From Vulcanimicrobiota bacterium (GTDB lineage: Bacteria; Vulcanimicrobiota; Vulcanimicrobiia; Eremiobacterales; Eremiobacteraceae), in the NCBI GenBank assembly GCA_963812135.1, contig CAWETU010000001.1, forward strand, positions 1,728,001 through 1,792,000: DNA of 64,000 nt. The letters run 5' to 3'. A program made the translations under genes and the position numbers. The notes beneath the pieces are model-generated. The model was not told the origin of the DNA. It did not search any database and saw only the letters and a program-made list of their open reading frames with translations. Positions 9,417-18,125 of this stretch are shown in pieces. Position 1 is the stretch's first letter. Every line of letters begins with the position of its first letter.

Positions 9417-10004
9417 ATGTTGCATCCGATACGGTCCAAGAAATTGGAACCAGTGTCGTCAGGGCCGGACCTTGCTCTGATGCAGCGCATCGCCAAAGGG
9501 GACGGAGATGCGTTCGCCGATCTGGTGCGGCGATACACGAGAATGCTGTACAACGTAGCCTACCGTTATAATGCGGCGTCCGCGGAGGACCTCGTCCAAG
9601 AGTCATTTCTCCGGGCGTTTCAGCATGCCAACACGTTTTCGGGCCGCAGCAAAGTCAGCAGCTGGCTGTATCGCATCTGCGTCAACGTCTGCCTCACGGC
9701 CATGGGCCGCGCGAGCCTGCAGACGACCGACATCGAAGAAGTCCCTGAATCAGAACTGACCGCGTCGATCAACGATCGGCCGGAGACGCGCGCGGAAGGC
9801 CGCGAGACGTACAAGGCGCTCGAAGAGGGCCTTGCACTGCTGCCGGCCCAGGAGCGCATGGTCTTCATCTTGCGCGAGCTGCAGGGGCTCGCCTATTCCG
9901 AGATCTCGGACGTGCTCGGCATGACCGAACAAGCCGCACGTACCAACTTGCACCGTGCGAAGCGCAGGCTCCAGACGTGGCTGAGCCCGCTGCTGACGTC
10001 GTGA
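9417..10004 (+). CDS. ECF RNA polymerase sigma-70 factor
   Basis: AEDLVQESF, SWLYRI and region 4 LAYSEISDVLG motifs. Confidence 0.92.
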   Translation: MLHPIRSKKLEPVSSGPDLALMQRIAKGDGDAFADLVRRYTRMLYNVAYRYNAASAEDLVQESFLRAFQHANTFSGRSKVSSWLYRICVNVCLTAMGRASLQTTDIEEVPESELTASINDRPETRAEGRETYKALEEGLALLPAQERMVFILRELQGLAYSEISDVLGMTEQAARTNLHRAKRRLQTWLSPLLTS

Positions 10005-10020
10005 AAGGACAACTGTAAGG

Positions 10021-10920
10021 ATGGAGTGCTCTGAAGCGCTCGACTTCCTCTACCAGTCCTTCGACGCGCAACTGACGCCGACGCAGCAGATGCTGCTCGA
10101 CGCGCATCGGCGCACATGTTTCGCATGCGCCAACACCTTGACGCGCGCCGAGCGCTTCCAAGCACTGCTGCTGCAGGTGCCGCAACTAGTGGTGCCCCGC
10201 GGTTTGGAAGACCGCATCATCGAGCGCGTCTTCGCCGCGAACCACGTCACGACGAAGCGAGGCGAGACCTGGCAGACGCTGGTCGAGTCGATCACCAATT
10301 GGCGCAGCTTCGGCTATGCGATGGGCACGGCCGCTGCGGTCATCGCGCTGATCCTCATCAGCCGCGGCGTGTTCCAGCAGAGCGCGATGAGCCATCATGA
10401 AGCCCCGTCGACGATCACGGCAGCGATCAGCGGCACGCTCGACGTCAACACCGCGAGCGGCACGACGCAGCAATCCGGTTCGCTGATCCTTACGCCAGGC
10501 GAAACCCTGACGAATAGCTCGGACCAACCTTCCACGATCGCGCTGTCGCCGAATCTCGCGGTCACGATCGGCAATGGCACGCAGGTCAAGGTGGGCCAGG
10601 TCAAGGTCGACCCGCAGACCGGCGATCCTGATGTGGTCGCAGTACGCGTCGATCACGGCACCGTCGGCGTGCGCGAAAGCTTGCAGAAGAATTCCGGCGG
10701 GATCCACGTCGCGACCGACCAGGCGACGGTCGTGCCGACGGGCACCATCTTCACCGTCACTGCGGCGCCAGGCACGACCCAGGTCGCGGTCGGCGAAGGC
10801 AGCGTCGCCGTGTACCTGCCCGGCGAGACGTTCAACGTCCTCGCGGGCAACGAAGCGCGCATCACCGCGGACCAGCACACCGTCACCAAGCTGCGCACCG
10901 GCACGAAGTTCAGCCGCTAA
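10021..10920 (+). CDS. anti-sigma factor: zf-HC2 (ZAS) domain, TM helix, FecR-like extracytoplasmic domain
   Basis: Cys3 plus HRRTCFAC, one TM, beta-rich domain with PTGTIFTV..VAVGEGSVAV; directly follows the sigma gene. Confidence 0.8.
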   Translation: MECSEALDFLYQSFDAQLTPTQQMLLDAHRRTCFACANTLTRAERFQALLLQVPQLVVPRGLEDRIIERVFAANHVTTKRGETWQTLVESITNWRSFGYAMGTAAAVIALILISRGVFQQSAMSHHEAPSTITAAISGTLDVNTASGTTQQSGSLILTPGETLTNSSDQPSTIALSPNLAVTIGNGTQVKVGQVKVDPQTGDPDVVAVRVDHGTVGVRESLQKNSGGIHVATDQATVVPTGTIFTVTAAPGTTQVAVGEGSVAVYLPGETFNVLAGNEARITADQHTVTKLRTGTKFSR

Positions 10921-11004
10921 ATTCCAAACGTTTTCAAGCGAACGGCCATCGTCGATGGAGCGTCGGGCTCGCATTGCCGCCACCCTTATGACCAGGCGAG
11001 TCCA

Positions 11005-11679
11005 TCAGCGTAGAGTCGTACCGGGCGGCGGAGGCCAGACCTCACCACCATCTGGAGTGACAATTTCACCTTTGTTCAGCACGATATATGGTGAACCACC
11101 CGGCACCGAGATCCCCGTGTTGATCGGCTTCAAAGAGAATACTACCAAACCGTCGCGCGAATACATCCACTTGACATAGAAGCGATCCGCAACGGGAACT
11201 CGGTTTACGATCTTAAGGATCACTGCACGGTCGTGTGAAGGCACTTTTTGTCGGTTTAGAGCGTCATCGTCGGCATTGTAGAAATGTTGTTGAGAATCAG
11301 GGAAGGTCCACACGCCGTTTACGGGCTTGCAGAAGTTCGCTGGCACGATCCCCGAGGCGTAGAATTTGTCGGGCAAGCCCCGACCTTCTGCGATGCGCTT
11401 TATGACGTCATCCGGCATTTGCTGGTTGAGTTGGGTCTTAGTGGCGGTATTGACTACCCACGACTCGCACGATGTGGGATGCGGAAGGGATTCAGTTTTA
11501 GTCTGAATCGGACTGCTTGAGGGCCCCGCCTCGCTCTTAGCGGGCGTAGGTGACGTTGCACCCGCATCAGCCCCACCACAACTTTGGAGCGCAAGCAAGG
11601 ATAGGGTTACTAGAGCGACATTTATAGCGCTGTGCTGCAAATAAGCATCTTTAGATGTCTTGATTTTGTCGCGACGCAT
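11005..11679 (-). CDS. hypothetical lipoprotein (paralog of 28024-28626)
   Basis: Lipobox-like LQSC; extensive identity with the 28024-28626 protein; lower GC. Confidence 0.7.
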   Translation of the reverse strand: MRRDKIKTSKDAYLQHSAINVALVTLSLLALQSCGGADAGATSPTPAKSEAGPSSSPIQTKTESLPHPTSCESWVVNTATKTQLNQQMPDDVIKRIAEGRGLPDKFYASGIVPANFCKPVNGVWTFPDSQQHFYNADDDALNRQKVPSHDRAVILKIVNRVPVADRFYVKWMYSRDGLVVFSLKPINTGISVPGGSPYIVLNKGEIVTPDGGEVWPPPPGTTLR

Positions 11680-11728
11680 CAGTATAAGTTCCTTCCGCTC
11701 AATGGCCTTGATTCGACAGGTCAGGGAG

Positions 11729-13021
11729 TTACTGTTGTTGCCACACGGGAACTCCTGCGCACAACGGACTACCGAGGCATATGTTGACTGACATCGGACC
11801 CGATCCACCATATGTAACCACGTGAACAACATTGGGGCTGGGCGTTGGGAACGGATGGGCAGCTTGAAAAAGAAGCGATCCGCCTGTGCACAAACCAGCT
11901 TGACCGGTGTCGTACCCGGTTGGGTTTTCAAGAAGGCACGAGCCCGTTTGCTTTGTGAATGTGCCGATACCCGTATCATCGGATGCAGAATCGCCGTTGT
12001 TCCCTATCCGCATCGAGAAGAAGCTACCATCCATTTTGTATCCTTTTGGAATCGGGGATTGCGCAATCGTTACGTTAAGATACGTCGCCATGTTTGAACC
12101 CGTAGCGTTAAAGCCATCGCTTGAAGGAACCGACTGAACGTACGTCACCTGCTCATTTGTGGCCGGATAGCACGGACAGGGGCGACCGTCTTTGAATACG
12201 GGACCAAAGACGCCCTCAATCATCGTCGTTGAGAGGACCGAAAAGATCAAATCGTTGCTTTCCCCGTCGAAGCAACCGTAAAACCCGCTATAGCCGGTAA
12301 TGGTCGCCGTGGCGGCCGGTTTAGGAACAACGGCCATGTATGGTGCAAACCCCTTCGACGGCAAGTCCTTTTGGAAGCCGAGACCAAACTCTACCTGCGA
12401 TGGGTTTGAGCTTTGCAGATTTGCGTACGCGCCCATGTAAAAGAACCCCTCATCGCCGCTTTGAATCACGTAGTCGTCGCAGTTAGAAAATGAATACTGC
12501 GTAGGTGCGGGAGTTGGTCCAGGCCAGAAATCCGGCGTGATTGTATTGGACATCCACGATGTGCCACTAACAGAAAGCCGATAGAACGGCCCTGTCGAGT
12601 CCCTCGTGGGAAGACCGCTTTGTGGCTGGAGGGAGCCCTCGTTCGGTGGCGGGTCCCTGGGCAACATCAGCATCTGGCCCTCTGGGCCGCCGTAAACGCC
12701 AACTTCTCCAGGGACAGGCTTGTAGTAAAAGGCGCTGTTCAGCAGCTCTGGGCGGTTCGAATATATTCTTCCATCGCCTGCGATGTCAAAAAACACCACG
12801 TTTCGCCATTGAGTGGGGCGAAGCAACAACATCACATTTCGCATCACATTGTGATCGTGTGGCGACAGCGCGGGGGATATGTAGGCGTCGACTCCGTTTC
12901 CAGAGTACGTGCTCGGCGAAACTGAATTCATCACGCTGCTGATTCTTGTACAAGCGATGAGCATCGATGCGAAGAGGAGGATAAGCAGAATGAGAGTCCC
13001 GGGAGCAGCGCTTCGCGACAT
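11729..13021 (-). CDS. hypothetical secreted lipoprotein, possible YrpD-like beta-sandwich domain
   Basis: Lipobox LIAC, 430-aa ORF in lower-GC DNA, TGPFYRL..GFFYMG..VEFGL pattern. Confidence 0.65.
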   Translation of the reverse strand: MSRSAAPGTLILLILLFASMLIACTRISSVMNSVSPSTYSGNGVDAYISPALSPHDHNVMRNVMLLLRPTQWRNVVFFDIAGDGRIYSNRPELLNSAFYYKPVPGEVGVYGGPEGQMLMLPRDPPPNEGSLQPQSGLPTRDSTGPFYRLSVSGTSWMSNTITPDFWPGPTPAPTQYSFSNCDDYVIQSGDEGFFYMGAYANLQSSNPSQVEFGLGFQKDLPSKGFAPYMAVVPKPAATATITGYSGFYGCFDGESNDLIFSVLSTTMIEGVFGPVFKDGRPCPCYPATNEQVTYVQSVPSSDGFNATGSNMATYLNVTIAQSPIPKGYKMDGSFFSMRIGNNGDSASDDTGIGTFTKQTGSCLLENPTGYDTGQAGLCTGGSLLFQAAHPFPTPSPNVVHVVTYGGSGPMSVNICLGSPLCAGVPVWQQQ

Positions 13022-13095
13022 CGAGACACCCCCTAATCCGTTCGACGTTACTATTGGTGTTCATTTCCTACTTCAATTCGGGGTTCCCTCGGGAA

Positions 13096-14724
13096 TCAAA
13101 GTCCGAGCGCGGCGCCGTCGCTGCGCGCGTCTGATGCACCGATGTAGACCCCGCGAGCTTTGTCGATCACGATGGCGCCGGCGTGGCCCATCGATTCTTC
13201 CCAGTCGTCTGTGACGATCACGTGGTGGCCGCGCGCGCGCAATCCAGCGATGAATGCTTCACCTGCCCGCGCCTCGATGGCGACGCCCGGCTGCTGCGCA
13301 CCCCATGTGCGCCCGTAACGCCAGCGCGGCAGGTCCAATGCGGCCTGCGGGTCCATGCCAGCTTCGGCGATGTCGATCGACAGCTGCAGGTTGGTCTGCG
13401 GCTGACCCTCGCCGCCCATCGTGCCATAGATCAGCGTCGGGTCGTCGTCCGCGAGCAACATCGCAGCCATCAGCGTGTGGAATGGCAAGCGGTTGGGCGC
13501 GAGCGAGGTCGGCCTGCCCTCGTCCAGGGTGAACGAACAGCCGCGGTTTTGCAGGACGATGCCAAGCTCGGGCACGCCGACGCGTGAGCCGAAATGGAAG
13601 TACAGCGATTGGATCATCGACACGGCGTTGCCGTCGCGATCAACGCACGCGAAATACGTGGTGTCGCCGGGACCGGCGAGCGCCGGGCTGCTTTCCGGTC
13701 TCGCACGATAGGGATCGATGTCGGCCGCGAGGATCCGGGCACGGACGTCCGAGAGCAGCCGCTCGGTGGGCGCCTTCAGATATCTGGGATCGCCGATCCA
13801 CTCGTCGCGGTCGATGAACGCGAGTTTGATCGACTCGATGCCGAGGTGTGCCAACGCCGGGCTGCCGATTCGCGAATGCTCTCGATCCATCGCGACATCG
13901 TGGATGTTCTGCGCGACCAGCAACACCATGCCTTGCGAGTTCGGCGCCGTGGTGAGCGAGCTATGGCGCCCGAAACGCGAGCGCAAAGGCTCGGCGAAGA
14001 ATCCGCGATGCGCCGCGAGATCTGCCGCGCGCAAGGGACTGCCTGCGCGTACTGCCGACGCCTCGATTGCCGCCGCCGCTTCGCCGTCGTACCAATACGC
14101 CCGGCCTTCGGCTGCGATCCGCCCGAGCGTACGAGCGAGGACGGGCTGAACAAGGATATCGCCGATGCGATACTCGGGCTGCGCCGCGTAGAGAGCGCAT
14201 GCTCCTTCATCGGCCTCGAGGAGGGCGCGTTCCTCGTGCAGCCCGCGTGCCAAGCTGCGTGCGATGGGCGCGCCGTCGCGCGCATACCCGATGGCAGGCG
14301 CGAGCACGTCGGACAATGCCAATCTGCCGAACCGTTCGTGTAGGGCGAACCAAGCATCGACCGCGCCGGGCACCGTCAACGCCGCGGGACCACCGTGCTG
14401 GGGGATCGCATTTACCTCTAGACGCGCGTAGAACGACTGGCTCGCGAGCGCCGCCGATGCGCCGGATCCATTGTACGCGCTCGTCGTCTTCGTGCGCGCG
14501 TCATGATAAAGGAAGAACGCGTCGCCGCCAATGCCGGTCATATGCGGATACAGCACGCTCAGCGCCGCGGCGGTGGCGACACCTGCGTCTGCCGCGCTGC
14601 CTCCGGCGCGCAAGATGTCGACGCCTGCACGTGCGGCAAGCGCGTGCGGAGCGGTCACCATACCGCGAATGCCGACCGCGCTCGGACGCACGCCGGAGGG
14701 ATGCAGCGGATCGGAAGCGCTCAT
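13096..14724 (-). CDS. ggt: gamma-glutamyltransferase family protein
   Basis: GIGGDAF, TVPGAVD, nucleophile GDTTY, GTMGGEGQPQT, DARSDGAALG. Confidence 0.92.
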   Translation of the reverse strand: MSASDPLHPSGVRPSAVGIRGMVTAPHALAARAGVDILRAGGSAADAGVATAAALSVLYPHMTGIGGDAFFLYHDARTKTTSAYNGSGASAALASQSFYARLEVNAIPQHGGPAALTVPGAVDAWFALHERFGRLALSDVLAPAIGYARDGAPIARSLARGLHEERALLEADEGACALYAAQPEYRIGDILVQPVLARTLGRIAAEGRAYWYDGEAAAAIEASAVRAGSPLRAADLAAHRGFFAEPLRSRFGRHSSLTTAPNSQGMVLLVAQNIHDVAMDREHSRIGSPALAHLGIESIKLAFIDRDEWIGDPRYLKAPTERLLSDVRARILAADIDPYRARPESSPALAGPGDTTYFACVDRDGNAVSMIQSLYFHFGSRVGVPELGIVLQNRGCSFTLDEGRPTSLAPNRLPFHTLMAAMLLADDDPTLIYGTMGGEGQPQTNLQLSIDIAEAGMDPQAALDLPRWRYGRTWGAQQPGVAIEARAGEAFIAGLRARGHHVIVTDDWEESMGHAGAIVIDKARGVYIGASDARSDGAALGL

Positions 14725-15467
14725 GCGCCGGGCACGATGATGCTGGACTCGCGCGACGATACTGCCGCTTCTTCATCGAGCGCCTTGGGTTCGAGACGCA
14801 AGAACTCGTCGATGCTCACGATGCGTTTGCTGCGCACGAAATCGAGATGACGCCGTCTGACGGCCTGCGCCACTTCTTCAACGCTGCGGCCTCCGAACAT
14901 GACCGGACGTCCAAGGCTGACGTGTGCGTCGAGCGCGGCAAGCGCGCGGAGCGCCACCGGCGCGCCGTCGGCGACGACGCCTGCGCCGCGCCCGAGCGGC
15001 CACACTTCGATCGGTGCGCCTGATTCTTCGAGCACAGGCGTGCACCGCAAAAAGCCTGCCGACCAGCCATCGACGCGGTACAGCAGGCGGCGAGCGCTGC
15101 GCCACGCCTCGACCATCGCCCGATCCGTCGCGTCGAACGCCGGCCCGCGCTCCATCACGAACTGGTCGATCGCCGTGCGGCCATAGTGTTCAAGCCGCTT
15201 GTCGAACATCAGATGATCGACGACGCGTGCAGCGGCGGCTTCATCGATGGGCGTCCGCCAAAACGGGAATTCGTCGCGCGCCACCACATCGAGCGGAACT
15301 CCCACCGCGGTCTCCGCGAACCGGGCGAGCTGTGACAAACGGGGCAACACGCGTCGCTCGAGCGCTTCCGCGAAGCGATCGTGTTCCGCCTCACGCCCAA
15401 TGCAGCAGCGTTTGTACTTGCGGCCGCTGCCGCAGGGACATGGGTCGTTGCGCCCGGGTTTGTTCAT
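14721..15467 (-). CDS. SEC-C metal-binding domain protein
   Basis: N-terminal GRNDPCPCGSGRKYKRCC. Confidence 0.85.
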   Translation of the reverse strand: MNKPGRNDPCPCGSGRKYKRCCIGREAEHDRFAEALERRVLPRLSQLARFAETAVGVPLDVVARDEFPFWRTPIDEAAAARVVDHLMFDKRLEHYGRTAIDQFVMERGPAFDATDRAMVEAWRSARRLLYRVDGWSAGFLRCTPVLEESGAPIEVWPLGRGAGVVADGAPVALRALAALDAHVSLGRPVMFGGRSVEEVAQAVRRRHLDFVRSKRIVSIDEFLRLEPKALDEEAAVSSRESSIIVPGA

Positions 15468-15484
15468 GCCGATAACCGTTTTAC

Positions 15485-16297
15485 ATGGCCTTACGACTTG
15501 TCCTCGCGCTCGCATGTCTTTACGCTGCATCGGCCGCTGCCAGCTCCGCTGCTGCGCCGGCGGCGGAACAGCTGTTAGCGCTGCGCTTGATGCCCGGCGA
15601 CCGGATCGTCCAACACTCCGAGCTGGTCGATGGCATCGACTGGCAGCTTCCGCCGGAGCGCCTGGAATCGTTTCGCTCGCAAGGCGTCGTCATCAACGAA
15701 GAAGTGCGCACGACGATCGTCGCGACCGGCGTCGTCGAGTCGCTGAGCGGGGGCAGCGCGCGCGTGAGCGGCGACGTCACGACCACCGTGCACGACGTGC
15801 CCCGCAACAAGACCGTGGTAACCCATGACAAGGGCGTGTCGATCACCACGGCGCGCAACGTGCAGACCGGCACCTCGCTGTACGCGCTCGAAGACGCGCC
15901 GATGATCGACTTGCCGGCGACACCGGTCTCGCTCGGCACGCGCTGGACGACGAAACAGCGCGTGGTGACGTCGCTCGGCTCGGGCGTGGCGGTCTTCCAG
16001 CATGTCGTCGCAGCCATCGATGGAGATGTGGTGCGCGTCGATGTGACCGGCAGCGGCGTGATCACGGGCAAGGAATATAACCTTCCCCACCTCCTGCCCG
16101 GCACGATCGCGTTGCGCGGCTCCGCGTGGTTCGATGCGGACAGCGGCTTGATCTCGCAAGAGAGCTACGCGGTCGACAACACGCTCGTCAAGACAAGCCC
16201 GCAGGGCCCCATCGGTTTCATCGAGCACCTCGACGCCGACACGGACGTGCACAAAGAAGGACGAACGCCGGGTCGCCTGAATTCGACGGCTCCGTAG
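15485..16297 (+). CDS. hypothetical secreted beta-rich protein (DUF6263-like; paralog of 20371-21207)
   Basis: Signal peptide; LP..PV..G..W and G.A.FD...G motifs shared with 20371-21207. Confidence 0.7.
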   Translation: MALRLVLALACLYAASAAASSAAAPAAEQLLALRLMPGDRIVQHSELVDGIDWQLPPERLESFRSQGVVINEEVRTTIVATGVVESLSGGSARVSGDVTTTVHDVPRNKTVVTHDKGVSITTARNVQTGTSLYALEDAPMIDLPATPVSLGTRWTTKQRVVTSLGSGVAVFQHVVAAIDGDVVRVDVTGSGVITGKEYNLPHLLPGTIALRGSAWFDADSGLISQESYAVDNTLVKTSPQGPIGFIEHLDADTDVHKEGRTPGRLNSTAP

Positions 16298-16314
16298 ATA
16301 GCGAGGGTCCCCCA

Positions 16315-17160
16315 GTGCCAGATAAGATCACCGCGCCAGCGATCCGCGCCCGCAAGGGCGGCGCGAAGATCGCGGTCATCACCGCGTACGACGCGCCTTC
16401 AGCGCGCATCGCCGATCGCGCCGGCGCCGACATCATCTTGGTGGGCGATTCACTTGGCAATGCCGTGCTGGGCTACGACGACACGCTGTCGGTGACCGTC
16501 GATATCATGGTGCGTCACACGGCAGCCGTCACACGCACCAAACCCAACGCGCTCGTCGTCGGCGACATGCCGTGGTTGAGTTACCATCTCTCGGCCGCCG
16601 ATAGCGTGCGCAACGCCGCGCGTTTCATCGTCGAGGGCGGCGCGGGCGCGATCAAACTCGAAGGGGGGCGCAAGCGCCTGCCGATGGTCGAAGCGATCCT
16701 CGCCGCCGAGATCCCGGTGATGGGCCACCTCGGGCTCACACCGCAATCCGTGCATGCGATGGGTGGTTTCAAAGTCCAGGCCAAGCTCGTCGATGCGGCG
16801 CGTGAACTCATCGACGATGCACGCGCGCTTGCCGACGCCGGCGCGTTCGCCATCGTGTTGGAAGGCATCCCGGATATCGTGGCCGAGGAGGTCACGCGCT
16901 CGGTGCCGATCCCCACGATCGGTATCGGCGCCGGCCCGCATTGCGATGGACAGGTATTGGTCTTCCATGACGTCGTGGGCTTGAGCCCGGGCACGCCGCC
17001 CAAATTCGTCCGGCGCTACGCCGACCTCGACCGCGAAGCGACGGCCGCGGTCTCGCGCTTCTTCGACGACGTGCGTTCCGGCGCGTTTCCGTCAGATGCG
17101 GAGACCTATCACATGCCAGATGCGGATGCACGGGAGTTTCTCGCCGGCCGGCGCGTTTGA
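16315..17160 (+). CDS. panB: 3-methyl-2-oxobutanoate hydroxymethyltransferase
   Basis: ITAYD, ILVGDSLG, IKLEGG, GHLGLTPQ, GIGAG, DGQVLV; GTG start. Confidence 0.96.
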   Translation: MPDKITAPAIRARKGGAKIAVITAYDAPSARIADRAGADIILVGDSLGNAVLGYDDTLSVTVDIMVRHTAAVTRTKPNALVVGDMPWLSYHLSAADSVRNAARFIVEGGAGAIKLEGGRKRLPMVEAILAAEIPVMGHLGLTPQSVHAMGGFKVQAKLVDAARELIDDARALADAGAFAIVLEGIPDIVAEEVTRSVPIPTIGIGAGPHCDGQVLVFHDVVGLSPGTPPKFVRRYADLDREATAAVSRFFDDVRSGAFPSDAETYHMPDADAREFLAGRRV

Positions 17161-18125
17161 AGATCCTTTTCTGCGACGACGGCTACTCAGAAGCGAGGCG
17201 CCGGCTCGCGCTCGAGCTGCCTGAGCATTCGATCGAGGCTACCGGCGCCGGCGAGGTGCAAGAGCACCTCGACGGTGTCGACGTGATCGTGCCCTACATG
17301 GCGCGCATCGACGCGGCGGTCATCGACGCCGGCACCTTCGGACTGGTACAGCAATTCGGCGTCGGTCTCGAGACGGTCGACGTCGACGCGGCGACGCGCG
17401 CGGGCGTGTGGGTCGCACGTATTCCGAGCGGCGGCACCGGCAACGCGGAATCGGTGGCAGAACATGCGCTGCTGCTCATGCTCGCACTCGCGCGCAAGCT
17501 GCCGCAGGCAGCCGCTGCGATGCGCGACGGCCGGCTGGGCGAGCCCGCCGGCAGTGCGCTTGCGGGCAAAACGGCGTGCATCGTCGGCATCGGCGCCGCA
17601 GGCGCAGCGCTTGCCCTGCGCCTTGCGGCGTTGAACATGCGCCTCATCGCCGTGCGCAAGAATCTTGCCGGCTCTTTGCCGGCAAACGTCGCGTTCGCGC
17701 AGACCTTCGACGTGCAGCACTTGTCAGATGCCGTTCGGGAGGCTGACTTCCTCGTCATCACGGCGCGCTACGACACAAGCGCCAAACATCTTGTCGACCG
17801 GCGTATCTTCGCAGCGATGAAGCCGGGCGCGTACCTGGTCAACGTTGCGCGCGGCGGCTTCGTCGATCATGACGCGCTCGCCGACGCATTGCGCAGCGGC
17901 CGGCTCGCGGGCGCCGGTCTTGACGTCATCGAGGGCGAGCCGGTCGCGCCGACGCATCCGCTGCTCGCGTTGAACGTCATCGCCACACCGCATGTCGCCG
18001 GCGTCACCGACCTGTCGTATGAGGGCATCGCGCGCGAGGTCGCGGACAATGTGCGCCGCTATGGACGAGGCGAAGCGCCGCGCTACGCCGTCAACGCGAT
18101 CGCGAAGCCTCGCGGCCGCCGCTGA
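17157..18125 (+). CDS. D-isomer-specific 2-hydroxyacid dehydrogenase
   Basis: GNAESVAEH, GIGAAG Rossmann loop, NVARGG, GLDV..EP, TPHVAG. Confidence 0.9.
   Translation: MKILFCDDGYSEARRRLALELPEHSIEATGAGEVQEHLDGVDVIVPYMARIDAAVIDAGTFGLVQQFGVGLETVDVDAATRAGVWVARIPSGGTGNAESVAEHALLLMLALARKLPQAAAAMRDGRLGEPAGSALAGKTACIVGIGAAGAALALRLAALNMRLIAVRKNLAGSLPANVAFAQTFDVQHLSDAVREADFLVITARYDTSAKHLVDRRIFAAMKPGAYLVNVARGGFVDHDALADALRSGRLAGAGLDVIEGEPVAPTHPLLALNVIATPHVAGVTDLSYEGIAREVADNVRRYGRGEAPRYAVNAIAKPRGRR

Noticed and set aside
10921..13095. Mobile element or prophage at the lower-GC islet
   Set aside because: No integrase, transposase, tRNA or flanking repeats were found by eye.
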